From Folioceros fuciformis (taxonomy: Eukaryota): a stretch of DNA of 64,000 nt. The notes below the pieces were generated by a model. The model saw only the letters and a program-made list of their open reading frames with translations, was not told the DNA's origin and ran no database searches. The stretch is from assembly GCA_049999805.1 (NCBI GenBank), contig JBNGIO010006249.1:255589-319588 (forward strand). Direction: 5' to 3'. Both the position numbers and the translations under genes were made by a program. Below are positions 36,491 through 48,811 of this stretch, one piece after another. How positions within the stretch are numbered: position 1 is the first letter of the stretch; each line of letters opens with the position of its first letter.

Positions 36491-38730
36491 TAACTTCAAT
36501 TAGATTCAAAGTTGTTAGACTTGGAGAAAGCTATGGCTATTAGGATACTTACGATACTCATAATCACCCGTGCTTTCCCTCCTAATCGCTCTTGCTTGAA
36601 CCCCTCCCCATTGCCCTGCTACCTCGCCTTTCAACACAATGGTGAATAGTAAGCTCAAGGCTCGATATCAATTACTCTAAGTATTATGGGTTTTAGGGTC
36701 ATACCACATTGCTCACTCAATTTTTGTTGCACTTGGAGAAAGTTGTGGCCCTTCAAAGTTTATTCAACGACACATCTGAGAAGGAGGATTGTTTTATTAA
36801 TAATCTCTATACTAGCCTCTCTTTTTGTGAAACATAGCATTCTCCTTTGAATTGTCACAATAGTCTTTCATAACACAAATGTAGAGTACAATCCATTTTC
36901 AACGTGCGTAATGCCATGACCCCTACATGGCTTAATATTTTTAATGTACCAAACCTTTAATTCACTAGTTTCTATTCATAGTATTGTTCTTTTAATATTA
37001 GTATTTTAATGGTTTTTATTCACAATACTATTTCCCTAATATTAGTATTCTTAATATTTCTAAGTTAGATCTTTCTCTCTACACTCAAGCTCTATTTTAA
37101 TTAAAATAAATAAATCATATGGGTGAACTTCAAAGTTTAGTAAACTTTGGAACAATAATTAGGTGTATAATATCTATATAAACCTATAAAGGAACTTGCA
37201 AGCTCTGGAAAGTTCCAAGCTTTTTCATGTGTTCTAGATCTTGGCAGCTTTGAGAGCTCGTTGTGCCCGTGCCATAAAGTAAGTGATTTTTTTTGTCGGG
37301 TTAAATTGGTTGTGTTAGACCTAATTCATGCATGTTCTCTGATACCATTGATTTTTGTTTCATTTATGTAATTTCATATTTTGTTGACTATCTATTTGTT
37401 ATGTGTAGAGGGCATGCTCATTAGTTTTAGGTTATTCGCCTTGTGTTGAGGTACATTCTTACACTTCAAGGCATAAATTATTATACCTTGAGAGAAAAGT
37501 TTTAGGAGTTTATGATCTTAATGGATTATACTTAATAAAAAATATTTATTTCTCCTACACTCATATTGCAAGGTAAAATCATAAACATCTAATAAAATCT
37601 TGATAAGGATAGATGAAAAGATTAATAATCCCCAAGAAATGAAGATTGTTTTGAGAATTGTAGCATTTGTTTATTACACATGAAAAATATTAATTGTACA
37701 CAACGGATGCTTTACAAACATAAATTTCATAAGAGTTGTATCAATGAGTGGATAAGCTATGGTAAAAATTCTTGCCCTCTTCATAGAGAATTCTTATACG
37801 AAGGACCTATACAATCAAGATCTACCAGACATGTTCTTGAAAATTTGGATGATCGTTAATGTGTGGTAAATGAGGAACTCTTTCAACATGACCTTAAAAA
37901 TATAATGTATCGTCTAAGTTTGGCGTTAGATGAAGTATTTGAAGATGAACTAAGTTTAGCATTAAATGAACTCTTTCTCCATCACCTTGAAAATTTTGAT
38001 GATGTTCTAACTATGAAATTGAATGCATTCTTTAGAGAAATAAGTTTTGGGTTTCACCAACAACGTCATCTATTTCTGGTTTTCATGATGTTATAATGTA
38101 TATGAACATTGATTTTTGGTTTTCATAATGCTATAACATATGAATATTTATTTTTGGTTTTCATGATGATATAACGTATATGAACATAGTGGCTGTAAGT
38201 AGGTAGTATAATGTATTGTATTTATTTGGAACAAGATAATTATTTTAGATATAATAGATAATCATTATGCATAGGTGAGGGTTGAAATCTTTCAACAATT
38301 TATGTACATTGAAATATTTCGTAAAATATTTCAATATAACCTTAATATTTTAGAGTTTATTACTTTATTTTTTTAAGATTATAATATTAATATTTTAATA
38401 AATATGTCTTCGATTTTGTGATGGTTTCAAAATTCTTTCTTATTCAGTTGCTCCTTAATGCACATACTACTACTTTATTGGATAGCAGTTGTTAATGGCA
38501 GAAAGAACGGATGTCAATTAAGTCCTTGATCTTGCGGATATGGGAGCATTCTAATTGTTGCACAAAGGTAACATGAAAAAGTTTCCAACGGCTAAATCAA
38601 GACCAAGAGGATGAATGATTTGCCAAACACGCAAGAGTCTTGCACGTTGGATGCATATTTGCGATTGTGGTCACTCTTGTACAAAACAATGTTTGAATCA
38701 TGGTGTCGGTGTGCCTTGCCCCTAGGTAAA

Positions 38731-40090
38731 CTAGAGAATTGCCTCCAAAAGTAAGGTGGAATGTTTTCCAACCAAGGATCCACACTTTGAAGAGTCTTCT
38801 TTCCAACCTGCTCGTATGTATGGGTAGGAGAACATCCACCTCCAAGTAGGAGGCATGTATGGCAAATCCACACCCATAATCTTATTCTCGAGCCCGTCCA
38901 ACATGATAAATACTTGGTCACATCCTACCACAATCTTAATCTTATCAAAACTACTAATGAGGCGATCACCAATTGTCCGCCCATGCAAGCCATCGACATA
39001 TGCATACAAGGGCTTGAGCATGGTAGAAGGCATTGCTGCCACCTTCATCCATGCCATGTGTGCAAAATCCAACTCCCAAACTTGAATATGCAGCATATTC
39101 TCATCTAGACTCTCGATGAGACGCACAATTAATACCAAGCAAAGCAATCGCTCTCGCACAATGATGGGCCCATGGTACAAACGAATGCACCAAAAAGGAC
39201 CATATATATAATCCCTAGGACATGACACAACAAGCTTTCTCCAACTACCTTGCTCCAAATCATAGGCCAACAAGATTAAACCACAAGTGAAGCAATAAAG
39301 CAAGTTTCCCAAAAACACGCCAGCTTGGTGGGTATGGATACGGCTATGCTCATACAGTGGATGCAAGTGGTCAAGCTCCACTTCTTAACTGCAGAATCAT
39401 ACACGAAAGTTCGTAAGGGGGTCAAGATAAGTCTTCCTCATGTCCTTCATCACTACTAGCTTGAAATAGCTCGTCTTGGCATCCACCAATATCCCTCGAA
39501 TATGCTCCACCCCGAAGTCATATGGATCTACTTAAGTAGGCAATGTTGGCAAGCAGGCCCATGATCGCCCTACTGGGTACGTATAGTGTCCCCATGTTGG
39601 ACATGCACTTGCAAATATCTGCATTCCTGTTACAAAACACTAGTGCCCCGCCACTTCCCAATACCTCAGGGAACTTCAAGGACAAATTCGATAGGCTAGA
39701 GAGACGCAAATCTTGGAGCTTGTGCCAACAATTAGAAGCCACATCATAAATGCAAGACTCTTTCGATAAAATTATTAGAGTTGGGTAATGTATGGGCTAC
39801 CACCCACAGTAGTGGTTCCCCTGCTCCAACAATTGCTGCTCCTTCACTAATGAGGACCATAACCCAGACTCCCTCCACTCTTGCCCACATACTACTCGTA
39901 ATAATAGTTGGATCACCAACGACTGCTTTGCCAAGATGATGATAATCAAATCACGTGGCAATTTTCCCCATTCAATGGCCTTCCCCAACTCCTTGGCGCC
40001 ATCTATTGGTTCCGGCCTTCTCACTCTCTTACCATTAGATTGTGTCTGCTCCTTTACTACCATCTCCTTCGAATTCTTCGTGGCCATCAT
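38731..40090 (-). pseudogene. F-box / F-box-associated domain pseudogene
   Basis: F-box WGKLPRDLIIIILAK...LRVVC..W, then YDVASNCW and LAYDLEQGSW...IQVWELD...WMKVAAMP. Split into three ORFs by an internal stop and frameshifts, with no compensating introns seen. Confidence 0.75.
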
Positions 40091-40539
40091 CCCGGATAGT
40101 TTCTTATCATAGTCAAATCAATATTCAAACCAAATTTGAAGTGCACACATCAACTAGTTTATCATAGACCACATACAAATCGACTATACTTACCAAGGAG
40201 ACCATAGTAAATTCATAAGATAAACACATGGACAAAAATTCTTCTCTAAATCGTAAATCATCTAAACCTTACAAAAGTTACCTGCAAACATATATGCAAG
40301 CCTGATGTCTCCACAAGCAAATCTTAGTGTCATAAAATGAAACTTGAAAAGAACACTAGATCTTTGTTTTGCTTTCCAGATCTATACAAACATATATAGA
40401 ACTTGATCTCGATATCTATTTTTTCTTTCGTTCATCACTAAATTATGAGTAATATAATATTTAAATAATAGTAAAATATATTATGATTGTTACTTCATAA
40501 GTATAAGTATTATGTTATGAAAGCAGCAGAAACAACCAT

Positions 40540-40920
40540 GCATGGGTTAGTTTGATTGAGTCATTGTAATACAATGCAAACTGATTCAAGATGCGTCAAT
40601 TTGATCCAGTTGTTGTAGTATAGTCCTAAGTTTTCTTGGATGTCTTAGGTTAATAAGTTGTTGTAATACAGTGCAAAGTGTCCCTCCCTATTAGAGTTCC
40701 ATTGTGCAAAGTGTTCCCAGATGGGTAAGTTTGATTAAGGAGTTGTAAATAGTGTAAAGTGTTCCCACATGGGTAAATTCGATTGAGAAGTTGTAAATAG
40801 TGCAAAACGTTCATGCATGTGACTATGGGTTGGATTGTGCAAAGTGTTCTCAAATGGATAGGTTCGATTGAGGAGTTGTAATATAGTGCAAAACGTTCGT
40901 ACATGGGTCCATGGGTTCGT
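40540..40920. repeat. Degenerate ~47-bp tandem repeats (gttgtaatatagtgcaaa...atggg...ttcgattgag)
   Basis: Several imperfect copies upstream of CHLM. Confidence 0.65.
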
Positions 40921-41155
40921 TTGGGCTATGACATTTTTCATTTTCCTTGATGAAAGTGAGGGCAGTCAGATAGACGGCGAAGGCAAAAATATGTATACGA
41001 CGTGGAGGCGCCACGTCAGGAGCATTGGATAATACGGGATCGAGGATCCGGCCAGTAGCAATAGCGGCAGCAGAAGCCATGGAAGCAGCAGAAAGAGCGA
41101 GACGTGGATTCTGGGAAGGTTCAGAAGGCGCACGGAGCTCGCAGGTGCACCTGCG

Positions 41156-42163
41156 ATGGCGGCTGCGGGAAGGGGATCACTGCTGTGCAGCTGCGCTGTC
41201 AAGAGCGAGGAGCCGAGAGCCGGGACGAGCAGGAGCGGGAGTCTGGTGTGGCGGACGAGGTTGCCGGTTAGTGCTGCTCCTGCTCCGCAGTCCTACCGGG
41301 CGCGCCAGTACGGCACGAGGGCAGCATTGCTGGAAGATGGCGGATCCGGGGTGACGTTTGCGCTCGCGGGCGGGAGCGCCATAGCTGCTTTGGCAGCGGC
41401 GCTGTCGATTGCGGACCCCGAGAAGCGGCGGCAGAAGCAGGCGGCCGAGGCCGGCGGAGATGAGAAGGACGTCGTGCGGAACTACTTCAACACGCAGGGC
41501 TTCGAGAGGTGGAAGCGGATATATGGAGAGACAGATGACGTGAACTCGGTGCAGCTGGACATCCGGCAGGGCCATGCGCAGACGGTGGAGAAGGTGATGG
41601 CACTGCTCCGAGACGGGGGCTTGCAGGGGGCCACGGTGTGCGACGCCGGGTGCGGGACTGGAAGCCTGGCTATCCCCCTGGCGCTGGAGGGGGCCGTGGT
41701 GAGCGCAAGCGACATATCGTCGGCTATGGTAGCCGAGGCCGGGACCAGGGCGTCCGACGCGGTGGAGAGCGCGGCTAGGGATGGGAAGAGCGTCACGATG
41801 CCTAGGTTTGAAGCCCGGGACCTGGAATCCCTGTCCGGGAAGTACGACATTGTGATTTGTTTGGATGTGCTCATCCATTACCCGCAGGACAAGGCCGGCG
41901 GTATGATCACGCACCTTGCGTCCCTGGCAAACAAGAGACTTGTGCTTAGCTTCGCTCCCAAGACGCTCTACTATTCGGTGCTCAAGCGGATCGGGGAGCT
42001 TTTCCCTGGCCCTTCGAAGGCTACCAGAGCTTATCTGCATGCGGAAGAGGATGTGGAGGCCGCTCTCAAAGCTGCCGGCTGGGTTGTCACGCGTAGGGAC
42101 ATGACCGCTACCAAATTCTACTTCTCGCGCCTGCTAGAAGCTGTGCCTTCCAATTCCCTGTAG
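41156..42163 (+). CDS. CHLM: Magnesium-protoporphyrin IX methyltransferase, chloroplastic (335 aa, intronless)
   Basis: Transit-peptide-like N-terminus; YFNTQGFERWKRIYG, SAM motif VCDAGCGTGSL, CLDVLIHYP, FPGPSKATRAYLH, FYFSRLLEA. Confidence 0.97.
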   Translation: MAAAGRGSLLCSCAVKSEEPRAGTSRSGSLVWRTRLPVSAAPAPQSYRARQYGTRAALLEDGGSGVTFALAGGSAIAALAAALSIADPEKRRQKQAAEAGGDEKDVVRNYFNTQGFERWKRIYGETDDVNSVQLDIRQGHAQTVEKVMALLRDGGLQGATVCDAGCGTGSLAIPLALEGAVVSASDISSAMVAEAGTRASDAVESAARDGKSVTMPRFEARDLESLSGKYDIVICLDVLIHYPQDKAGGMITHLASLANKRLVLSFAPKTLYYSVLKRIGELFPGPSKATRAYLHAEEDVEAALKAAGWVVTRRDMTATKFYFSRLLEAVPSNSL

Positions 42164-42462
42164 ACGACATTTTTGTACTACGCCCGTCTTCATCTCGCCT
42201 ATTAGCTGTTCTTTCGAAATTTGCTCTGTCCACAGGCAGGGAAAAATTACATCTCCTTGAACGGAGAGGGGTACCTTCCTCGGAAGATGGACCAGATACA
42301 CATACGTAGAAGTTTGATCAAGATTCTCCTCTTCTAGGATTGGATGGTAGATGCGCATACCATGGGTTTCTAGACATAGGACCCATCCAGAATGTAGGTA
42401 CCGTTAAGCAACATGACGCTACATGTTGAACGAATTGAGAGAGAAGTCGGACCACAAGAATT

Positions 42463-44057
42463 TCACTTCATTAAGTCCTCCCATTTGCAATACTGGCCGC
42501 CTGCAAGAGCTCTGTAGAATCGATCGCTGCAGTACACAGGCCGTCCTTTGGCAGCAGCTGCGGCTGCAGCTGCCAATTCGTCGTCATCGGCCACCTCCAC
42601 TGGAAGACTCAGAAGATCTTTCGCCCTGTGCGATGAAGCAGACAGAGAAACAGGAACTGGCTATGATCAGAAAAGCTCAGCCTGATGGAACAAGAGGCGG
42701 ACTGCTTGGCAGAAATGGACGAGGACAACAGACCTGAAACCGGGTTTGCCCTCTGCTGCCATGGCCTCCGAATTGGCCCGTCGGGGGGCGAACACAGATG
42801 CATCTTCTTGTGGAGGGAGCAAGGCCACTAGTGCTACTGTAGCTGTGGCAAGAAGAGCGGCAGCCCCGATCAGCGTTTGCTTCAGACGGTTCATGATAGG
42901 CTTAACCTGGTAGGCCCCTAGCAACCTATCTCTTGCCAGCACCTGAGAATAGGGATCAAGCAAGAGGCGAGGAATCAACAGATGTGAATACCGCAAAGAG
43001 ATAAAACCTTGACAGCATCTGCTAGGCATAAGCATGAGACTTGGGTACGACCTCAGGTGGCTTCACCCAAAGCTGTCCATCGTACCACCCTGTTTCTTCG
43101 TACGGGACCACTGCAGACAGCAACCTGTTGCCAACGTAGCTCCATCCCTGACAAGATGCAATAAGGCAGGTGTGAATCTTTTGTTCCACAGAGATGGAAA
43201 CATGATGCGCTGGACTCATGTAAGTTCGGTATCATAAGTCTGAACGCAGAGGCTACCAAGTACATTCGTAAAACGAGAAGGGCCACAGGGAAGAGTGCTC
43301 CCGCTCCGGCAGCCACCACAAACTTCAAGGGCTCCTGCAAAGTTGCCAACAACTCAGTTGCCTTCACCGACAGTCCAGGTTTTGTCCAGAGCAAAGACAT
43401 TAATTCAACCACCGTGTTGGCAGAGGCGAGGCAGCTTACTCGGGAGGGCTCAAAACTGGCAGCAGAGATAGGGCCACCAAGAAGCAGGAAAAAGAGCACC
43501 CACAAGCCTCCGAGTCGAAGAGCGAAATCCAACGGACTTAGCTGAGCCCAAGAGTAGAGCACAGACTCCTTCAACGCCGCCAGCTCATTCGCCTGCACAG
43601 TACATCCATCCACGCATCCAGCCATCCTCACACCTCAGAATACGCTGTCTCTGCTGCGTGCCCACCTCTCATCACCCAAATCCAAAGTGATGGGCATCAC
43701 CACCCACCATACCGGCCGCTGGTCGGAGGGCACTTCGATTTCGAACTCCGAGTCCCAGTCATCCACGCTCTCCCCATCCCTCCCGCTCCTGTCCTTTTCC
43801 AAAGCCCTGACCACCACACTGCTGCTGCTCTGCCTAATCCCAGAATTCAGCCGCCACCGCAGCTCCTTCCCCACCGGTAAAGTTCCTTCCCAGAACACGA
43901 ACCTCACTGGCAGCAGCCGGCAGCGCTGCCTGAAGCCCCTCCCGATTCTCTCCGAACACGCGCCCACGTGCTGCCTGAAGCCCCTCCCGATTCTCTCCGA
44001 ACACGCGCCCACGTCCACCAGATGCGCAATCCCGGGTTGCACCACAGATTCGAGCAT
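42463..44057 (-). CDS. CGLD27: CGLD27 / Ycf36 (DUF1230) plastid protein; exons 44057-43713, 43592-43440, 43334-43257, 43147-43052, 42942-42734, 42625-42463
   Basis: EVPSDQRP|ANE..ALKESVLYSW, RMYL|GWSYVGNRLLSAVVPYEETGWYDGQLWVKP, ARDRLLGAYQVKP, and a terminal GRPVYCSDRFYRALAGGQYCKWEDL. GT-AG introns keep the frame. Confidence 0.93.
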
Positions 44058-44556
44058 CTTGCAGTGGCCGCAGACGGTAGCGCTAGCAGGCAGACATGCA
44101 CTGCATCTTCCTACCACGGATCGATGGTCGAACTCTAGATCACATCTCTGTATCTACTCCACCTTGCAACCAGCTACGGCAGTTGCACCTCTGGTATGGT
44201 TTGAATTCCGGTTCTCAAGCGTTTCCTTTCCTTGCATGCCTTCCCTGATGCTGATTCAAACCAAATCCAACCAATCGGTCAGGCACGTCGCTGGCAACGT
44301 GGCGTGCTCCGAAACGTCAACTCACGCTTGGCTCTCATCAGGCCAAAGGAGAGGGCCTGGGCACCATGTAGAACTAGGACGTATTGCAACGTTTGCTATC
44401 CCACGATGTTAAACTTTTTTACTGCACGAAAGCTTTCGGGCCTACAGCAAGGGAGCCCGGAGGGAAGCAGATAGTTGCTTAGTGTGCCTATGAGGTTTCA
44501 GCATATGTTGAGTCTTAATACAAGGGCCAAGCAGCAGACGGATTGCAGCATGACTA

Positions 44557-46366
44557 TCAGTCGTCATCACTACCGCCCTCATCAAAGGTCCTCAGATCTT
44601 CGGCTGGCAGTGTATCCTTCAGACCATCAAGCAGAAACGGATTCAGGAGTTAGACCAGGGCAGGCAAAGGAACAATCACAACCACCACCCAGCCTAGACA
44701 GCAGAATTGAAAGACAAGCTTTACCACTTTCTTATCCCAGTCCTTCAATTTGGCTTTGGTGCGTAGGAAGTTGTCTCTCAAGATGGACCAACCTTGAGCC
44801 CCTTCCTCTGCCTGGATAACCAACAAAACCGGCCAGTCAGTTCCCCGAACTTTTGTGACACAGGTACGGTAGGTTGCGCAACGACAAGGCGTGTGCCATA
44901 CATCGTTTGAATCTGAATCTGGTTGTGGCTCTGTAGCCCATGAATTGCTAGATTTGTCACCATTTGCAGAGGCAACTCCCTTTAGCTCAGCCAAAAAGGC
45001 AGATTTGCTTTGCTTTGTCACCTCTGCAAGTCACGAAAAATTGCTCGTTTTTGAGGCCAGACGAAGGCAAGTACGACTAAAAATCAGCATATCGCAACGT
45101 TGTATTCAAGCAAGCAGTGGCATCCGGGCTACAAGTTCACCTTTCGCAGCTTTCCAGGAGTCAGTTGGGACACCAGTTTGTATTTTTTGAGCTTTGCTGA
45201 TCTGCAGGACAACAGAGAAAATTGCATCAGCGCAAGAGGCTGGTGGTGCACAGAGCGCGTGCACGAATAGTCCCAACCTTCCCCAGGGGTAAGGTCCTAA
45301 CTTTCTAAGCAAGGGAGTGGGGAAGACGTAAATAAATGTAACGAGGACCGCTTACCGCATTGAAGAGCATTACAACTGATGACGTTCAGCACATGATACA
45401 AACAAACCACGCAAGAATAGTCAGAAAACGCGACGAAGACCAGACAGCAGTATGTGAATTCTGACGGAAAGACTAGATGCCAACCTCCTTTGGTGGCAAG
45501 CTTGCTGAGAGCCTTTTCATGGTTGTCTGTGTAGGAAGGCGGACGAACGTGCCCCAGCTCACGTTTCTGCAAGATATCCTCGACATGTGAGATGAATTTG
45601 AGTTGGGAGAGTTGAAAAGTAGCCAAGAAGGCTCCAATATACAGAGCTGACGGTCCATCACCTCTTTCCTTTCCTTGCTGAGCTCTGGATTCGTAGCTTG
45701 CTTGGTGGCCTCTTCAAGCTTCTTCGCTACCAACTTCTTATTTTCAGCTAATACTGGGCCCTGCAAATGACCTAACTCAATGCCCACATCGGTGTCCACA
45801 AAACTGACCAAAACTCGAACCACAATGCTGAAGCATCAAACGAAGGAAGGAGGACAAACCAGAGAATCTGCAAGAGAAGAATCAGGAACTGACTTCTTCA
45901 TAATTTTGCTGAAAGCTCGGCTGTAGGCTGCTTGAAACCCACCCAGAGCTTTGCCATCGCCTGCGGCATCCTCTTTACCATCCCTTTCACTGTCGCTATC
46001 ACCATCACTACCACTACCACTGGCCAGGCCTTCCTCCTCATCTTCCTCTGGACCAGAGTACTCTCCTTCATCAAGCTCAGCAATTCCTACCTCTGCCTCA
46101 CCGGTCCTTGACTCTTTAACAGCTATGGCATCTGGCAAGTTATCGTCGGCACCATCCCCAGAGTCTTCAGCTTCCACCCACTCCAACTTGCAGACATCAT
46201 CTAGCCCTGCTTCTAGGTCGCTACTTATTTGGTCCCCCTCTTCACTACTGCCGTCACGTTTACCTCTAAAGCCTGTAGAAGCTGTCTTCTTGTTTGACTT
46301 CTCTCTCGACGACCCCCTATTTCCCTCTAACGAGACTTCAGCCCGCAGCTTGCGCTTAGACACCAT
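44557..46366 (-). CDS. RRP15: RRP15-like ribosome biogenesis protein (about 8 exons)
   Basis: Acidic N-terminus; SRAFSKIMKK, GPVLAENKKL, ELGHVRP...HEKALSKLATKG|VVMLFNA|ISKAQ, SKSAFLAEL, GWSILRDNFL..KAKLKDWDK. Confidence 0.88.
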
Positions 46367-46560
46367 CTGGGCTCAACTTCCTACCGAAATTGCTGGGAAT
46401 CTGCCTCCGATACGTGAGTAAAGATTCTTGGAACACCAAACCGGCGGACCGTAGCCAAAGCGGCGGCTGGATGGGGGGCACTAGACTAGAACTAAACTGA
46501 ATGAAGACGGGACGATAACTGACGTACATAGGTAGCTAGTCTTTCCTAATTGGCGTGGGA

Positions 46561-48673
46561 ATGGCGGTCAGGGTCGGTCTTCGCTTGCTATTCTCGTCTT
46601 CTTCCTACTCTGGGGTGGGTTGGATAATTCAATAGTGAATGATGCGTAGGAATTTGAGCGGTTTTGTACTGATGCAGACATCTCTTGTGGTGCAACGCAG
46701 CAGGGGCAGCGGATGGGCTCTGGTAGTTGGGGGTTGAGCCGGTGGCTACACTCGGCAAGGGTATTGTTGTCGAAAGATGTCAACAAGAGGAAGCTGAGTC
46801 CCTTGCAGGTGGGGCCTGCCTTAAAGAGTTTGGATGTTGGTTTGTTCAGTGTGTCGTGATCCTGATGAATTCATGTGGGTAAGTGGTCGGGAACAGGAAC
46901 GAAAGATGGTGGACACGCACAAGTTACATGTACGAGGTGGTCAGGGAGGAGCTGGGTGTACCAGTATGCGAAAGAGTCGTCTTGCCCGCTATGGGTTTGC
47001 TGACGGTAACCCGACTCGTAAACTTGTAAGATGATTTGTTGATGTTGACGATGTCTGGATGCACGTTTCCCGGTTTTTGGCTCCTGCATGATGTCATTGC
47101 TTATTCTGGGTTTGGTGCAGGAGGTAATGGGGGCACTGGAGGAAGTGTGATCCTTGTCAGCTCTGCAGCAGTTTGGGACTTCAGTAATATGCAACACCAT
47201 CTCGTATGTGGTTTTGAACATGGTGTGGGCTCTGTTGCAAGTAGTTGGAGATGGGTGGGAGGCTCCAATGTTGCTTGCTTAAGTGTGCTTTGCTGCACTG
47301 TGTAGAATGCGAAGAATGGTGGTGCTGGAAGTTCAAAGAGAAGAGCAGGCAGTAGAGGTGCAGACAAGGTATATTGCCGGAGTCGAGCCTTGGGAAGTTG
47401 TTGATCTTCTCAGAGCTGAAGTTACAGTATCGCTTTCCGTTTTCGACAGGTTGTGCAGGTTCCTGTTGGAACGGTAATGCACCTACTGGAGGGGTCTCTG
47501 AGCTCATTTGAGCCTCCATCAGTCACTCCTGACGAGTCGTCATGGAGTACGCTGGAGAGAAATTTCTCCAGAGGCACAGTGGTCCACAGCCAGGACTCGC
47601 GGGAGACAGATACCGAGGCAGATGATAGTGTGGAATCGGCTGAAGCGCCGGTGTCTGACAAGAGGGAAAACCACCAGCCTTCAGATGGAAGTCTGACTTC
47701 TGAGGCGGTAGTCTGTGCTGTTGATGGGCACCCAGACAAGCAAGTGGATCCTTCTACCGATCAGCTGACGGATTCAGTTATTGTGGCTGCAGACAATGAA
47801 GAGGTGGATGCCTCTAGCGATCAGCCCTCAGAAGATCCAGATATTGAGTCTCCGGAGAATGAGGAGATAGAGGCCTCTAGCCACCAGACCACAGATCCAG
47901 ATACGGAGGCTGCAGACGATGGGGCCATGCCTCTGCCCATTCGTAGTTGTGTGGTAGAATTTGTAAAACCTGGCCAGAGTGTTATAGTTGCTTGTGGTGG
48001 TCGAGGTGGGAGGGGCAATGTCTCCATGGGTAAAACAAAGGGGGGCTTGCCAAGGCTTGAACATGAACAGGGTCATCCAGGATCTGAGGCTGTACTGCTG
48101 CTGGAGCTGAAGAGTCTGGCAGATGTGGGACTTGTTGGAATGCCTAATGCTGGCAAAAGTACGCTGTTAGGGGCACTCTCACGGGCAAGACCGGCTGTTG
48201 GGCACTACGCTTTCACAACACTAAGGCCAAACATTGGGAAAGTGGAGTTCGAGGACTTTTTCTCATTAACAGTGGCAGACATTCCTGGTTTGATTGAAGG
48301 TGCTCATCAAAATAGAGGCCTGGGTCATGATTTTCTGAGGCACATAGAGAGAACTAAAGTTTTAGCATACGTAGTGGACTTGGCTGGCGGCCTGCGAGAA
48401 AACAAAGGCCTATCACCATGGGAACAGCTCAGGGAGCTCATGTATGAGTTGGAACAGTATCAAGCGGGGTTGTCTCGTAGGCGGTCCTTGGTGGTGGCAA
48501 ACAAGGTCGATGAAGAAGGTGCAGAGATTGCTCTGAAGGAATTGAGAAGAAAAGTGCCAACAATGCCAGTTTGTCCGACCTGCGCAGTGCTGGGAGATGG
48601 AATTCATGACCTGAAGGAAGCCCTACGCGATCTCATAGATGGCTCTCAAAAGTACGAGCCGGTGAGATTATGA
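46561..48673 (+). CDS. Obg family GTPase, probably mitochondrial (ObgM-like), multi-exon
   Basis: Gly-rich Obg fold (RGGQGGAG, DGGNGGTGGSV, VPVGT) and G motifs GMPNAGKST, YAFTTL, DIPG, NKVD. An Arg/Ser-rich N-terminus suggests a presequence; the start at 46561 assumes a small first intron. Confidence 0.9.
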
Positions 48674-48811
48674 CATGCAACATGTAGATTCAGCCCATTT
48701 TGTGTTCTTGGCGTCCATTGCAGTGGAAGAGGTCTACTAAGCTGAGGGCGTCCCATATACATGGGTGAGAATCGCTCTCACCAAAGGAATTGAGAAAGAG
48801 ATCCGAACATC

